Made by a program: the position numbers and the translations under genes. Source: a candidate division WWE3 bacterium UBA1379 (GTDB taxonomy: Bacteria > Patescibacteriota > WWE3 > UBA101185 > UBA10185). From it: DNA of 39,202 nt. This document shows positions 19,221-28,516 of the stretch, one piece after another. The DNA is taken from positions 1 through 39,202 of the forward strand of contig DBRB01000005.1 of the NCBI GenBank assembly GCA_002305475.1. Reading direction: 5' to 3'. Each line of letters begins with the position of its first letter. The stretch's first letter is position 1. Below the pieces are notes generated by a model. It saw only the letters and a program-made list of their open reading frames with translations. It ran no database searches and was not told the DNA's origin.

Positions 19221-20102
19221 CTAATGTCCTTTCCCATTTAGCAGTTTACCAAGAAAAGGAATGTCACCAATCACCGTATGCAAAGCACCTTTTCCTGCCA
19301 TTTCCGCCAAGGTATCCATAACCTGCTTACCGATATAATCTTCCCCCTGAGTACTTTTCTCTTGCACATATGCAGTATTTTCAGCTTCACTTAATATTTG
19401 GATTGCCGCCGCCTTGGCTTTAGCTAATGCAATTTCTGCAGCAGCAGCTTGAATATGATTAGGTATATCTACATCTTTAAGCCAAACCCGACGAACTTTA
19501 CACCCCCAATTTGCGGCTTCCTTATGAAGGGCATCCGTCACACAACGGACTAGAAATTCTGTACCCTCCGCTTTAATACGATCAAAAGTGGTACCGCTCA
19601 GAACCCTCGTAAGTGCATCTCCAAACACGGTGGCGAAAGCCTGAATCGGATCCCTGGATGGGGTATTCCAATAAGTCTTTCCCGGATCTACCACCTGAAA
19701 TTCAAACCCAGGGTCATGAATTACTAAAGCTCCGGCAGTATCACCTCCGACCGCCAATGCCATAGTATCCATCTCTACGATTGTAGGGGCTAGAGAATAC
19801 TTTCTAGCCCGTTGAAACGGCCACTTTATATTTATGAGAAAACCCGTTCCGCACTCCTCTGTGCGACGGTTCAGTGTAACAATTACCACAGCCTCTTGTT
19901 CCCTCAACAGTATCCATGATAAACCAGGAATATTGAAAAGAAACAACAACACTAAAAGAACACCGGTAATAAGCACAGTTGCAGTAGGCCATTTTAGCAA
20001 CCAAATGGTCAATATCGAGGTTACTAAAACCACAATTACAACAAACACAACTAAGTGTTGACCAACACTTCGCTTATTATGGTTTGAAATATGCACAGAC
20101 AT
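19221..20102 (-). CDS. SPFH/band-7 domain protein (stomatin/prohibitin/HflKC superfamily)
   Basis: 293 aa. N-terminal TM anchor, then an SPFH-like core (VVIVTLNRRTEECGTGFLINIKWPFQRARKYSLAP...), then an Ala-rich coiled-coil (AAAAEIALAKAKAAAIQILSEAEN). Confidence 0.7.
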   Translation of the reverse strand: MSVHISNHNKRSVGQHLVVFVVIVVLVTSILTIWLLKWPTATVLITGVLLVLLFLFNIPGLSWILLREQEAVVIVTLNRRTEECGTGFLINIKWPFQRARKYSLAPTIVEMDTMALAVGGDTAGALVIHDPGFEFQVVDPGKTYWNTPSRDPIQAFATVFGDALTRVLSGTTFDRIKAEGTEFLVRCVTDALHKEAANWGCKVRRVWLKDVDIPNHIQAAAAEIALAKAKAAAIQILSEAENTAYVQEKSTQGEDYIGKQVMDTLAEMAGKGALHTVIGDIPFLGKLLNGKGH

Positions 20103-20113
20103 GTGCTCCTCCT

Positions 20114-20902
20114 TTAAGATTGAATAACATTCCTAATACCGCTTTTATGACTATGCACAGGCTGAAAAGATTTACTCTGATCAGAATCTGTACCTGAAGC
20201 TTTTTCTAAGAGATCAGCATATTTCGGATCAACACTTTTTACCAAAAACAAAAATTGCTCCTCGGTAAGTTGCCCGGATTTATACTGCTCTTGATAAAGC
20301 TTCAACAGTTCAACTATGATCTTCTTTTTTTCGACCTCAATTGCTTCCGTTTGCTGCTGTACGCTCTTCTCAGCAGTATCAAAAGTTTTTCCCAGGTCAA
20401 AATAGCCGGCTCTACCATCTCTGCTTCCCAAATCCACCTTAACCTGGGCTTCTTCCCGAAAAACCTGCTGTTCCGTGGATTCTGGACGCATGACGGTTCT
20501 TGATGCATTCCTTTTTGTTTGCAACCCGCTCAGAAATGAGAAAGCAGCAATCACTAATACCCACACTACAAAACTGGCAACAACTACCACCACATTCTCT
20601 GTCCATAACCAGTTAGCAACCAAGGAGAATCCCACAACAAGTACACACAATAACAACCTCTTATACCCTCTTGTAAATGCTGAATATACAGCCAAAGCAA
20701 ATGCATATAAAAGAAAAAAACGTGACCAAAAGGGTACCTGGGGAATAAATCTATCCAGTTGTTTGGACCCAAATAAAACCACTGCTCCTACAACAACCCA
20801 AAACAGAATATTTGCAACAAACCTCTGTTTTACGATCGTGTCAACTCTCATCTCAAACCTCCATGAAAAGAGTGTAGGACTGTTTGAACTTTTCAGCATC
20901 AA
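20114..20902 (-). CDS. Membrane protein with C-terminal SHOCT-like domain
   Basis: 262 aa with four hydrophobic helices, then IVELLKLYQEQYKSGQLTEEQFLFL, which resembles the SHOCT short C-terminal motif. Confidence 0.45.
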   Translation of the reverse strand: MMLKSSNSPTLFSWRFEMRVDTIVKQRFVANILFWVVVGAVVLFGSKQLDRFIPQVPFWSRFFLLYAFALAVYSAFTRGYKRLLLCVLVVGFSLVANWLWTENVVVVVASFVVWVLVIAAFSFLSGLQTKRNASRTVMRPESTEQQVFREEAQVKVDLGSRDGRAGYFDLGKTFDTAEKSVQQQTEAIEVEKKKIIVELLKLYQEQYKSGQLTEEQFLFLVKSVDPKYADLLEKASGTDSDQSKSFQPVHSHKSGIRNVIQS

Positions 20903-20940
20903 ACAGTCCTGATGTTAATTAAGTTTGTCCTTATTTTTTA

Positions 20941-21261
20941 TTAGGGAGTAGTCGGTGGAATAGGTGGAGCTGGTGGTTTAGGCGGAGAAGACGTAGCAGA
21001 CGTATTCCTCTGTGCCGACATAGTAACCGAACCTTTTGCGGATACCTTAAGTAAATTCCCCTCAAACGCCGACTCACCAGTTTCAGCGTAAGTAACGCTG
21101 GTATCCTGCTTGATATCCAAATCGTTACCAAACCCTAAAAGACCTCTCAGTCCGTCAAAAAACGGATTCCCTCTAAACATGTCGGACATTGCCTGAAACA
21201 ATCCCCCCAAACCTCCGTTTGAAGTGGGACTAACCTGCATGCCCTGTTGCTTTTTACTCAT
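20941..21261 (-). CDS. Hypothetical protein with Pro-rich C-terminus
   Basis: 106 aa; Gly-rich N-terminus and C-terminal PPKPPAPPIPPTTP. No family recognised. Confidence 0.35.
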   Translation of the reverse strand: MSKKQQGMQVSPTSNGGLGGLFQAMSDMFRGNPFFDGLRGLLGFGNDLDIKQDTSVTYAETGESAFEGNLLKVSAKGSVTMSAQRNTSATSSPPKPPAPPIPPTTP

Positions 21262-21290
21262 GATAAACCTCCTTATGCTCTTTCGTTGAT

Positions 21291-21884
21291 TTATTGATCG
21301 TTTTGGTAATATAAATGCAGTACCTTGTCTGCATACTGAAAACCTCGATCCATCGGACCGTATTTCTTTAATCCTTCTCGTTCACCATATTTCTTTATAA
21401 GATTCGCTAGAAACATCGTACCATAAGCAATATTTGTCTCCGGATCTTTAAGTGCCCTTACTGTCGGCCTGTCTTTAAACATATTTCCATATAGTTTTGC
21501 AGACAAACCGTCTGAAGCCATAATCTGCATCAAACCAACTGCACCGCTATGCGAAATTACAGTGGGTCTGCCACCGCTTTCTATAGTAATAACAGCGGCT
21601 ACTAGATCAGGATCCAAACCGTTAATCCTCGCGTGTTTAACAATCAGTTTTTCCCATTTCCTGACATTCCGAGGGTAATTTGGACTTATTCCACCAGTAA
21701 CTCCATCGGAAAAAGCACTGGCTTGAGCAACTTCACTAAAGAAATTAAAATCTATACCTGCATAATCCAAAAACAAGCCGCACGCTGACAACATAACAAT
21801 AGTTAATAACAGAGCCAAGCGAGGAACCTGTACCCATAGACGGGCGTAGGCACCAACCAGAAGAAAAGGAAGTTTTAATATCAT
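21291..21884 (-). CDS. Lytic transglycosylase (SLT domain, family 1)
   Basis: 197 aa. N-terminal TM/signal peptide; catalytic Glu in ITIESGG; AVGLMQIM motif; Y...AYN-like region. Confidence 0.85.
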   Translation of the reverse strand: MILKLPFLLVGAYARLWVQVPRLALLLTIVMLSACGLFLDYAGIDFNFFSEVAQASAFSDGVTGGISPNYPRNVRKWEKLIVKHARINGLDPDLVAAVITIESGGRPTVISHSGAVGLMQIMASDGLSAKLYGNMFKDRPTVRALKDPETNIAYGTMFLANLIKKYGEREGLKKYGPMDRGFQYADKVLHLYYQNDQ

Positions 21885-22105
21885 TCTTACCTCTCCTATA
21901 TATATTATTTACTTTTCAAAGAACAAAAATTCTACGACACTACTACATAAGTATCAGCAGTAATCCCCCCGAGATATTCAGTTTTCCCGGAAATGTTGAA
22001 CAATAAATTGGATAGGATTTTCTCTCATTCCTGCGAAAAATATACACTAGGGTATATCAAAAAGCAATACAAGCATTTTTAAGGTGGGAAGTGGACAACA
22101 GTATA

Positions 22106-22780
22106 TTATTCTTCGTTTTCTTCAGCTTCGCGTTCTTTCTTTTCTTCTTCAGTCAGCTCCTCAGAAGCTTCCACCTTAGCTAGTGCTTCTTCTTCACTGA
22201 CTTCTTCTGCTACTTCTTCCATCACAGCATGGTCAATCTTTACTATCATTTCATCTTCTTCATGCCCGACAATTTCGACTTTATTTCTATCATAATCAAG
22301 CTGGGAAACAGTGATTCCATCTCCGATTTCTTCGATTCCTGATACATCCACCACAAAACTTGATGGTAAATCTGAAGGAAGAGCTTCAACACTAACTTCA
22401 TCTAAAAGGGTTAATACCAGACCATCCCCGCTTTTTACCAGAGGGTTCGTTTCAGAACCTATAATTTCCACTGGAATTTGGGCGGTAATTTTCTCTTTAA
22501 GATTTACTTTATGAAATCCCGCATGAATAGGAGACAGAGTAATCGGATCAAGTTGTACATCTTTTATTAAAACTTTCTCTTTACCGGCACCTTCTATTGC
22601 AATATCCACAAGAGTATTTTCTCCTGCTATGCTGAATACTTTTATAAAGTTATTTAAATCTACAGTTAGAGAAATTGAATCCTGCCCTTTTCCGAACATA
22701 ACTGCAGGCATAAGCCTGTCATTTCTCAAGCTTTGGGCTTTTTTACCGTTTTCTTGTCTTTTTTGAGCAATAATTTCCAT
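22106..22780 (-). CDS. rplY: 50S ribosomal protein L25 / general stress protein Ctc form
   Basis: 224 aa. N-terminus MEIIAQKRQENGKKAQSLRNDRLMPAVMFGKG aligns with Ctc-type L25, and the C-terminus carries the acidic extension typical of the Ctc form. Confidence 0.85.
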   Translation of the reverse strand: MEIIAQKRQENGKKAQSLRNDRLMPAVMFGKGQDSISLTVDLNNFIKVFSIAGENTLVDIAIEGAGKEKVLIKDVQLDPITLSPIHAGFHKVNLKEKITAQIPVEIIGSETNPLVKSGDGLVLTLLDEVSVEALPSDLPSSFVVDVSGIEEIGDGITVSQLDYDRNKVEIVGHEEDEMIVKIDHAVMEEVAEEVSEEEALAKVEASEELTEEEKKEREAEENEE

Positions 22781-23109
22781 ATAGAATTCTTTTCCAGGGC
22801 ACGGTGCAAACTTAGTAATTCATCATAGCTTACGCTATTTTCCATCATAAATTTCTTTATTTCTTCCCCCAGAAGATCGGAAACAAGTGGGATGGTACCT
22901 GATCCTTGAGTGGTAACAGTAACCATACTTTGACCGTGACATTTAGGACAGACCGCATGAGCTAAAAATGCCATCGGAGCATCGCTGATGGTCAGCAGCT
23001 TCGCCTGTTCCAGACTCGACCCACATTTATAGCAAACTGACCTCTCTAAATGTTCTTTGATTAATCTACGTTCTAACATCCTACCTTTCCCGATCCCGCC
23101 GGAAATCAA
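22726..23109 (-). CDS. Hypothetical zinc-ribbon protein (two CxxC pairs)
   Basis: 127 aa with CYKCG...(24 aa)...CPKCHG and a Lys-rich tail. The 3' end overlaps rplY by 55 nt, so the true extent is uncertain. Confidence 0.4.
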   Translation of the reverse strand: MISGGIGKGRMLERRLIKEHLERSVCYKCGSSLEQAKLLTISDAPMAFLAHAVCPKCHGQSMVTVTTQGSGTIPLVSDLLGEEIKKFMMENSVSYDELLSLHRALEKNSIWKLLLKKDKKTVKKPKA

Positions 23110-23201
23110 AGCGATTTCTTTAAGGAACGAACGTCATTTTACTTCTGTAAACTTAATTGGTCAAGGACCTTGCTAATTGCTGCTAATACCTTTCCGATTG
23201 C

Positions 23202-24902
23202 CTATTCGGTCAAACTTACCACATATACACGGCTTCCGTCCAATACATACAGATTCTTCTCATCATCTGTTACAGCTATACCCCTGATATCAGTCCATTT
23301 AGAGGTATCAGAATTCATATATTGTTTATATAGCTTTCCTTCTTTGTCCAGAACAACAATCCTGTTATTTCCCTTATCCGCAACATAAATATAGTCAAAG
23401 TCGTAATCAGTCAGAACCTGTACCGATGCAACAAATTCTTTATCAAGACCGCTGACACTAAATTCATCCTGCACACCTTGTGTGAACTTCAGCAGACTTC
23501 CGTCATTCTTCAGAATATAGATACTTCCATCAATACTGATAGAACGTCCTCCGTTTAAAACGGCATTCTGAGTCCATGTTGATGATGTGCCGTCAGAAGT
23601 GGTTTTCGTAATGGTATCTCCGCTTAAAGTATAAGTATTTCCAAGATAAACGGATGAAATAGTTCTATCTTTAAATTCATCATCTGACAAAACAAATTTC
23701 GGCGTATCCAATGATGAGGAATAGATTTTCTTCTGATCCGTATCTCCTACTAAAACATTTGAGGAAGATAATTCAATATATGAGGGGTTTACCGATGCAT
23801 CCGTGAGTTTAAGATCATAAAATACTTCCGAAGACACTCTGACCACAGTGGGATCATCAGGAGCCTGAGTCACCGCAGACGCTACCTCGGAAGGTTGTTC
23901 TTTTTCCTCTGGCTCGGTAAATACATCCATCACACTTCCCTCTGCCGTTTCAGATGTTTCAGTGCGGATCTTGTCCCTATTTATTTTAAGAGAATATAAA
24001 ACGGATACTAATAATAAAATTCCTGCAATGGTAGCTATGGTTGTAACTTTCTCTTTCTTGCTTTTTTCTTTATGCACTCTGATGTCAATGACCGATTCCC
24101 TTGGATTATTCAGACTACCGGAATCGGATACCGGATTTCTCTCTATCGAAGGGGTGGCTTTCATTTTTCTTTTGAATATCCCAAAAACTTTTGAAACCGG
24201 AAGTTTTATTCCGGGTTTTTTGTCCTCAGATCCATTCATCCCAAAATCCACCACCTCATCTTGAGAAAAACTGGTATCAACAATGATTTTCAGAAGCACA
24301 CATGATCCTTCCATAGGTAGACCTTCCGTGGAAAATGAGGTATTTAAAAGTTCTTCCGGAGGAATTTTTTCAATAAAAGGTTGAGTGGCAAAAATCAGAA
24401 CATCATCATTCTTCACTACACCGGAAGCGGCTGAATAATGACCTTCGCTGTTGGCACTGATTGCTCTTAAATCCCCATCCCGCATCAGATAACATCCTGT
24501 TTTTCCGTATGAAACCATATAAATAACATTTCCCCATAACACACCGCACAATATATTAAACTGGACCTGTTCAGAGGTCGGATGAAGTGATATGGATTCA
24601 TTAGTCAGCTTAGTCACCCGATCCCTTACATCAGCAATAGCTTTTTCTAAAGATTGAACTGGAGATATGTTTTCGGACTGATAATAGGATTCACGCAATA
24701 CATCACTTACTACCGTAGAAACTAGGTTGGTATCGAATTCTTCTGATCCGGAGATATCAAATACAGCATAAAGACTGCCCTTTTTCCCGCGTGTAGTTTC
24801 ATCATCAGGTTCAACGGTAATGGCATTGGAAAATCCTCTGGCGGATACCGGCAGATTTGGATAGATTTTTTGAACTTTGGCAGTAAGTTTTTTCAACATC
24901 AC
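23202..24902 (-). CDS. Membrane protein: cytoplasmic PP2C-like (possibly degenerate) domain, one TM helix, extracellular NHL-repeat region
   Basis: 566 aa. PPM-like stretches KKGSLYAVFDISGS and CGVLWGNVIYMVSYGKTGCYLMRDGDL, with metal-binding Asp replaced. TM helix VTTIATIAGILLLVSVLYSL. C-terminal NHL-like repeats (YIYVADKGNNRIVVLDKEGKLY; LYVLDGSRVYVVSL). Confidence 0.55.
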   Translation of the reverse strand: MMLKKLTAKVQKIYPNLPVSARGFSNAITVEPDDETTRGKKGSLYAVFDISGSEEFDTNLVSTVVSDVLRESYYQSENISPVQSLEKAIADVRDRVTKLTNESISLHPTSEQVQFNILCGVLWGNVIYMVSYGKTGCYLMRDGDLRAISANSEGHYSAASGVVKNDDVLIFATQPFIEKIPPEELLNTSFSTEGLPMEGSCVLLKIIVDTSFSQDEVVDFGMNGSEDKKPGIKLPVSKVFGIFKRKMKATPSIERNPVSDSGSLNNPRESVIDIRVHKEKSKKEKVTTIATIAGILLLVSVLYSLKINRDKIRTETSETAEGSVMDVFTEPEEKEQPSEVASAVTQAPDDPTVVRVSSEVFYDLKLTDASVNPSYIELSSSNVLVGDTDQKKIYSSSLDTPKFVLSDDEFKDRTISSVYLGNTYTLSGDTITKTTSDGTSSTWTQNAVLNGGRSISIDGSIYILKNDGSLLKFTQGVQDEFSVSGLDKEFVASVQVLTDYDFDYIYVADKGNNRIVVLDKEGKLYKQYMNSDTSKWTDIRGIAVTDDEKNLYVLDGSRVYVVSLTE

Positions 24903-25011
24903 TTGAATTTTTTATTTAGCGGCAGACAGATAATTTTAAATATTGATTATTCCTTACCGCCAAACCTTAAAATTGCCTCTCCGTTTCAATAAATAATTAA
25001 TGCATAAACAG

Positions 25012-25260
25012 CTATATGGTCAGTATTGATATTACCACAAGAGCACCTGCTAAAAAAAGGTGTACAAACGATAATATTGTGAAAAACCAGGCGGCATCTG
25101 TTTTAAAACTGCTGTTGAGCAGATTAACCTGACGGACTACCAGGATGGAAAATATCCCGTAAATAACAATAATTCCCACAATCAGAATATTTATTAAACT
25201 GCTAAATCCTTCAGGAGAAAAAAGACTGACAATTAAATCCGCGGCTGTGTCACTGAACAT
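25012..25260 (-). CDS. Small membrane protein (two TM helices)
   Basis: 82 aa, hydrophobic. Its start overlaps the upstream gene's stop by 11 nt (operon partner). Confidence 0.4.
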   Translation of the reverse strand: MFSDTAADLIVSLFSPEGFSSLINILIVGIIVIYGIFSILVVRQVNLLNSSFKTDAAWFFTILSFVHLFLAGALVVISILTI

Positions 25261-25819
25261 TCTTTGCCTCCTTTACCAAATCGGATAATATATCCTGCAT
25301 CTTTGCCGGATTTGAAACACTTTGAAACTCAAACTGCGGAAGTTCGGCTGCAGTTTGAATAATTACATCTCCAATGTTAAAAAGGGCTTCAAAGGCTCCC
25401 TGAACATCGTAAGAAATATCTTCAATATTACGAAGAGGAGCATCCGATACTCTTCTATAAAGAAGGTGATAAAAGTCCATGTCTACAATCCTTTTATTCG
25501 TAATAATATAAACATTGAAAAACCAGTTCAAAAATCTTTCAAAGATAAAACCGAATGTGAAAAGATACCATAGAGCATTAATGTTAAATGCCAAATTGGA
25601 TCCAATTAATTCAGGATAATTCAGATTTAAGGAAAACAGCAAGGTATTAACAAAAGCCGGGGATATAATCAAAAGAACCGCAAATAATATCCAGCCTAAA
25701 TTTGTAACAAAACTCCGCCTAAGGACATACAGCACCTGCTCACCCGGATCCTCACCCTCGAATTTCGTCCCGGGTGGATCCTTAAGAAAAGAAGATGTTA
25801 GCGTTCTGATCATATACAA
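25250..25819 (-). CDS. Bacterial PH-domain membrane protein (bPH_2/DUF304, YdbS/YdbT-like)
   Basis: 189 aa. Two N-terminal TM helices, followed by ITNKRIVDMDF...IGDVIIQT, which is typical of bPH_2. Confidence 0.55.
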   Translation of the reverse strand: MYMIRTLTSSFLKDPPGTKFEGEDPGEQVLYVLRRSFVTNLGWILFAVLLIISPAFVNTLLFSLNLNYPELIGSNLAFNINALWYLFTFGFIFERFLNWFFNVYIITNKRIVDMDFYHLLYRRVSDAPLRNIEDISYDVQGAFEALFNIGDVIIQTAAELPQFEFQSVSNPAKMQDILSDLVKEAKNVQ

Positions 25820-26074
25820 ATTATATCATTATAGAGATGAATGTATTAGAAATCCGGTAAACAATCTGTAAAGAAGAACAAAAGGAGCAGCTTGATCTTA
25901 GAGTTTTGATGTAATCACATCAATTAGTTAATGCCGATATTTTTTTCATTGCCGAATCATAATACAATGGATGTTTAATCAGTACACATTTTTTCTTTTT
26001 GAAAGAACACGCGCAAATATCAAAAATATCTGATGAATGAATTATTACTTAATAGTGCAACAGATAAGAGAGAT

Positions 26075-27883
26075 TTATTTAGTTACAAAATCATATAGTT
26101 TATTTCTGATTGATATATACCCAGGTGCCCGTAAATTAAAGACGGTTTTAAATTCTGCTCCGTCAATTCCGATTCTTCCGCGATTAGTGTTAAAGTAAAC
26201 CTTTGATGTATACCCACCATTACTAATTTCTACATCTACATCCGAATCTACACTGGTAAATTTACTTCCGTAGTCATCTGCTTTATCCGCCATAGCGTCA
26301 ATTGAATAAGGGTTTCCTCCCCAACAACTGGTAGTAACAGGTGATATCCTGTCTTTTTCTTTTGAGGATCCCTTACGCCAGACAACCCAAGCATTAAGAA
26401 TATCCGCCATTTCTTTTTCTGTAAGCCATGGATTGGAACGTCCGCAAGTGGATGAATTTACATTATATGTCTGGGTATACCATGCTTTAAAAAACCAGGG
26501 CGATTTTGCTTTCTTTTCATACGCATCATTAGGCCAGCTTCCTTTAGTATCCCAGCCAATATTATTAATATATCCTCCGGTTGTAGAAGAGTAGTAGGCT
26601 ACAACACTGCTATCCAATATTTTCTTATCAGTATCATCAACTGCTTCTTTCCAACGGGATGGGGGATCCTCACTTTTGGATTTAAGAAACACCTGACAGG
26701 ACTGGGAAGTACAGATACATTTGCCGTTTTTCTTGTAGCGGTATGCATACGATCTGGCGGCTATAGCCTGAGCTTTCAAAGCATTTTCCGGCCAATCGGC
26801 TGGCATCTCCGCTAAACCATATAAATACTTCTTCATGCTCATCGTCCCATAACCCTCAACGCAAATCTCATCAGCATCATCTTCCTCTTTTACACCAGAT
26901 TTATAATAAAATTTAAGGATGTCCTTGTAATTCTGACCGGCTTCGGCACGTCCTTTTGCACCGTATTGACTCATACCATTACCGTGTGTATATGCTCCGT
27001 AACTGGAAGCGGCGAATGCTGGACGGAATCCAGGATCCGGTAGTTTTTGTTCCGCTGCTTCATAATTACCCACAGTACCGTTCCCCTCACCGTATTTCTG
27101 AGAAAGAATACTTTGCTGTTTTGCAGTCAGTTCACTGATAGCCTGTGATAAATCTTCTAGCTCTTCTTCAAGATCCTCCTGCTGACTGGAAAGAACATTT
27201 AATTCCTTCTCCTGGCTGGCTTTCTGTGAATCCAGCTGCTGTTTTAATACCAGCATCTTATTATGGGAATCTTCCAGTTCGCTTTTTAAACTTTCAGCTT
27301 CGTTTTTATCTTTTTCGAAATTTGTAATTTCCTTATTAATCGCTCCTATTAAACTGATCGTTTCAGAGGTTAAGGTTTTCTCAAAAATATATGAATAAGT
27401 AGAAAATTGGAAACCATTCAGATCTTCCTCGATTTTTTCACTTGTATTTACAAAAGGAACGGAAGATAAAAACAATTCCAGATCATTAAGTACTCCCCGC
27501 TTGCTGAAATTTCTGATAATTTTGTTTCTGATATCAATTTTTTCCGTCAGATCTTTCCGTCTGTTTTCCAGATTAGTATTTATTTCAGCCAGCTGTTCCT
27601 CCATGTTTTTAATATCCGCCTGAAGTTCATTAACCTGTGCCTGGGTAACATTCAACTGAGAGGACAAGTCAGCAATTTTTTTTGAGACACCGTCAGCTTT
27701 AGAACGAATTTCTGATAGTTTTTTTGATGTAGATTGATATTCTTCCTCTTTTTTCTCCAGTTTTTCTTCAATTTTCTTTAATTCGTCGTCGGTATCATCA
27801 GCCAGCATCACAAAACTCATAGCAGGTAGGAAAAATGTTATTGTTATTAGTACGAGTATGAGCAGTCTACGCATTGTGGACAT
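26075..27883 (-). CDS. SpoIID/LytB-domain protein with N-terminal signal anchor and long coiled-coil
   Basis: 602 aa. Coiled-coil over residues ~30-250. Then KKYLYGLAEMPADWPENALKAQAIAARSYAYRYKKNG...CTSQSCQVF, which matches the SpoIID/LytB amidase-enhancer domain signature. Confidence 0.7.
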   Translation of the reverse strand: MSTMRRLLILVLITITFFLPAMSFVMLADDTDDELKKIEEKLEKKEEEYQSTSKKLSEIRSKADGVSKKIADLSSQLNVTQAQVNELQADIKNMEEQLAEINTNLENRRKDLTEKIDIRNKIIRNFSKRGVLNDLELFLSSVPFVNTSEKIEEDLNGFQFSTYSYIFEKTLTSETISLIGAINKEITNFEKDKNEAESLKSELEDSHNKMLVLKQQLDSQKASQEKELNVLSSQQEDLEEELEDLSQAISELTAKQQSILSQKYGEGNGTVGNYEAAEQKLPDPGFRPAFAASSYGAYTHGNGMSQYGAKGRAEAGQNYKDILKFYYKSGVKEEDDADEICVEGYGTMSMKKYLYGLAEMPADWPENALKAQAIAARSYAYRYKKNGKCICTSQSCQVFLKSKSEDPPSRWKEAVDDTDKKILDSSVVAYYSSTTGGYINNIGWDTKGSWPNDAYEKKAKSPWFFKAWYTQTYNVNSSTCGRSNPWLTEKEMADILNAWVVWRKGSSKEKDRISPVTTSCWGGNPYSIDAMADKADDYGSKFTSVDSDVDVEISNGGYTSKVYFNTNRGRIGIDGAEFKTVFNLRAPGYISIRNKLYDFVTK

Positions 27884-27986
27884 AAATTAATTATAACATC
27901 TCATTGTTACAGGCAAATAAATTAAGAAAAGTTCCCACTTTCCGCAAATAAGTTGACTCTGCGGATAGTTAAGGACAATAATAGTG

Positions 27987-28516
27987 TAATGGTCCTTAAT
28001 AAAATAATTATTCCCTTAAAGTTTTGTAATTTTCTCTTTTGGGTATTAATTATTGTTTCACTTTATAACAAGCAAGCATATGCTGTTGAATATGCACCAT
28101 GTCAGCCTAATTCTTCCCACTGCACCTTAGTAGATGATCTAATCGGCTCACATTATGATTGTGCATGTGACGTATTTTGCGATCCCGGAGAAAAATGTGA
28201 AAAAAGAATGGGTATAGGTGCGAGTGGGTACTGGTGTCGGGAATCAAGCCTTTGTGTGGATCCAAATCCTGCTTATACAGACTGTACCTACGGGGAAATC
28301 GAAACATGCGGAAACAGTATATTGAACTCTTCCTGTGCAGATAATGAAAGATGTTTGTCACCTGCAAACACTGGCCCCGGCGGAAGCAGCAGACCTCAAT
28401 GTGTTCCTGATACTTCCTGTGTAAATGATCCAGGTGTCTGTGCAAATTTACCGGGGGCAGGTGCATATTGGCAACCTCTTGCACAGCAAACAATCCCCAA
28501 CAACTGGATTGTTTAA
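27987..28516 (+). CDS. N-terminal fragment of Cys-rich hairpin-anchored protein A (signal peptide plus Cys-rich region). The track ORF begins at TTG 27953; ATG 27987 gives a clean signal peptide.
   Basis: MVLNKIIIPLKFCNFLFWVLIIVSLYNKQAYA | VEYAPCQPNSSHC..., with 22 Cys in the mature part. It ends at TAA 28514-28516, while the downstream part of the same gene continues in another frame. Confidence 0.6.
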
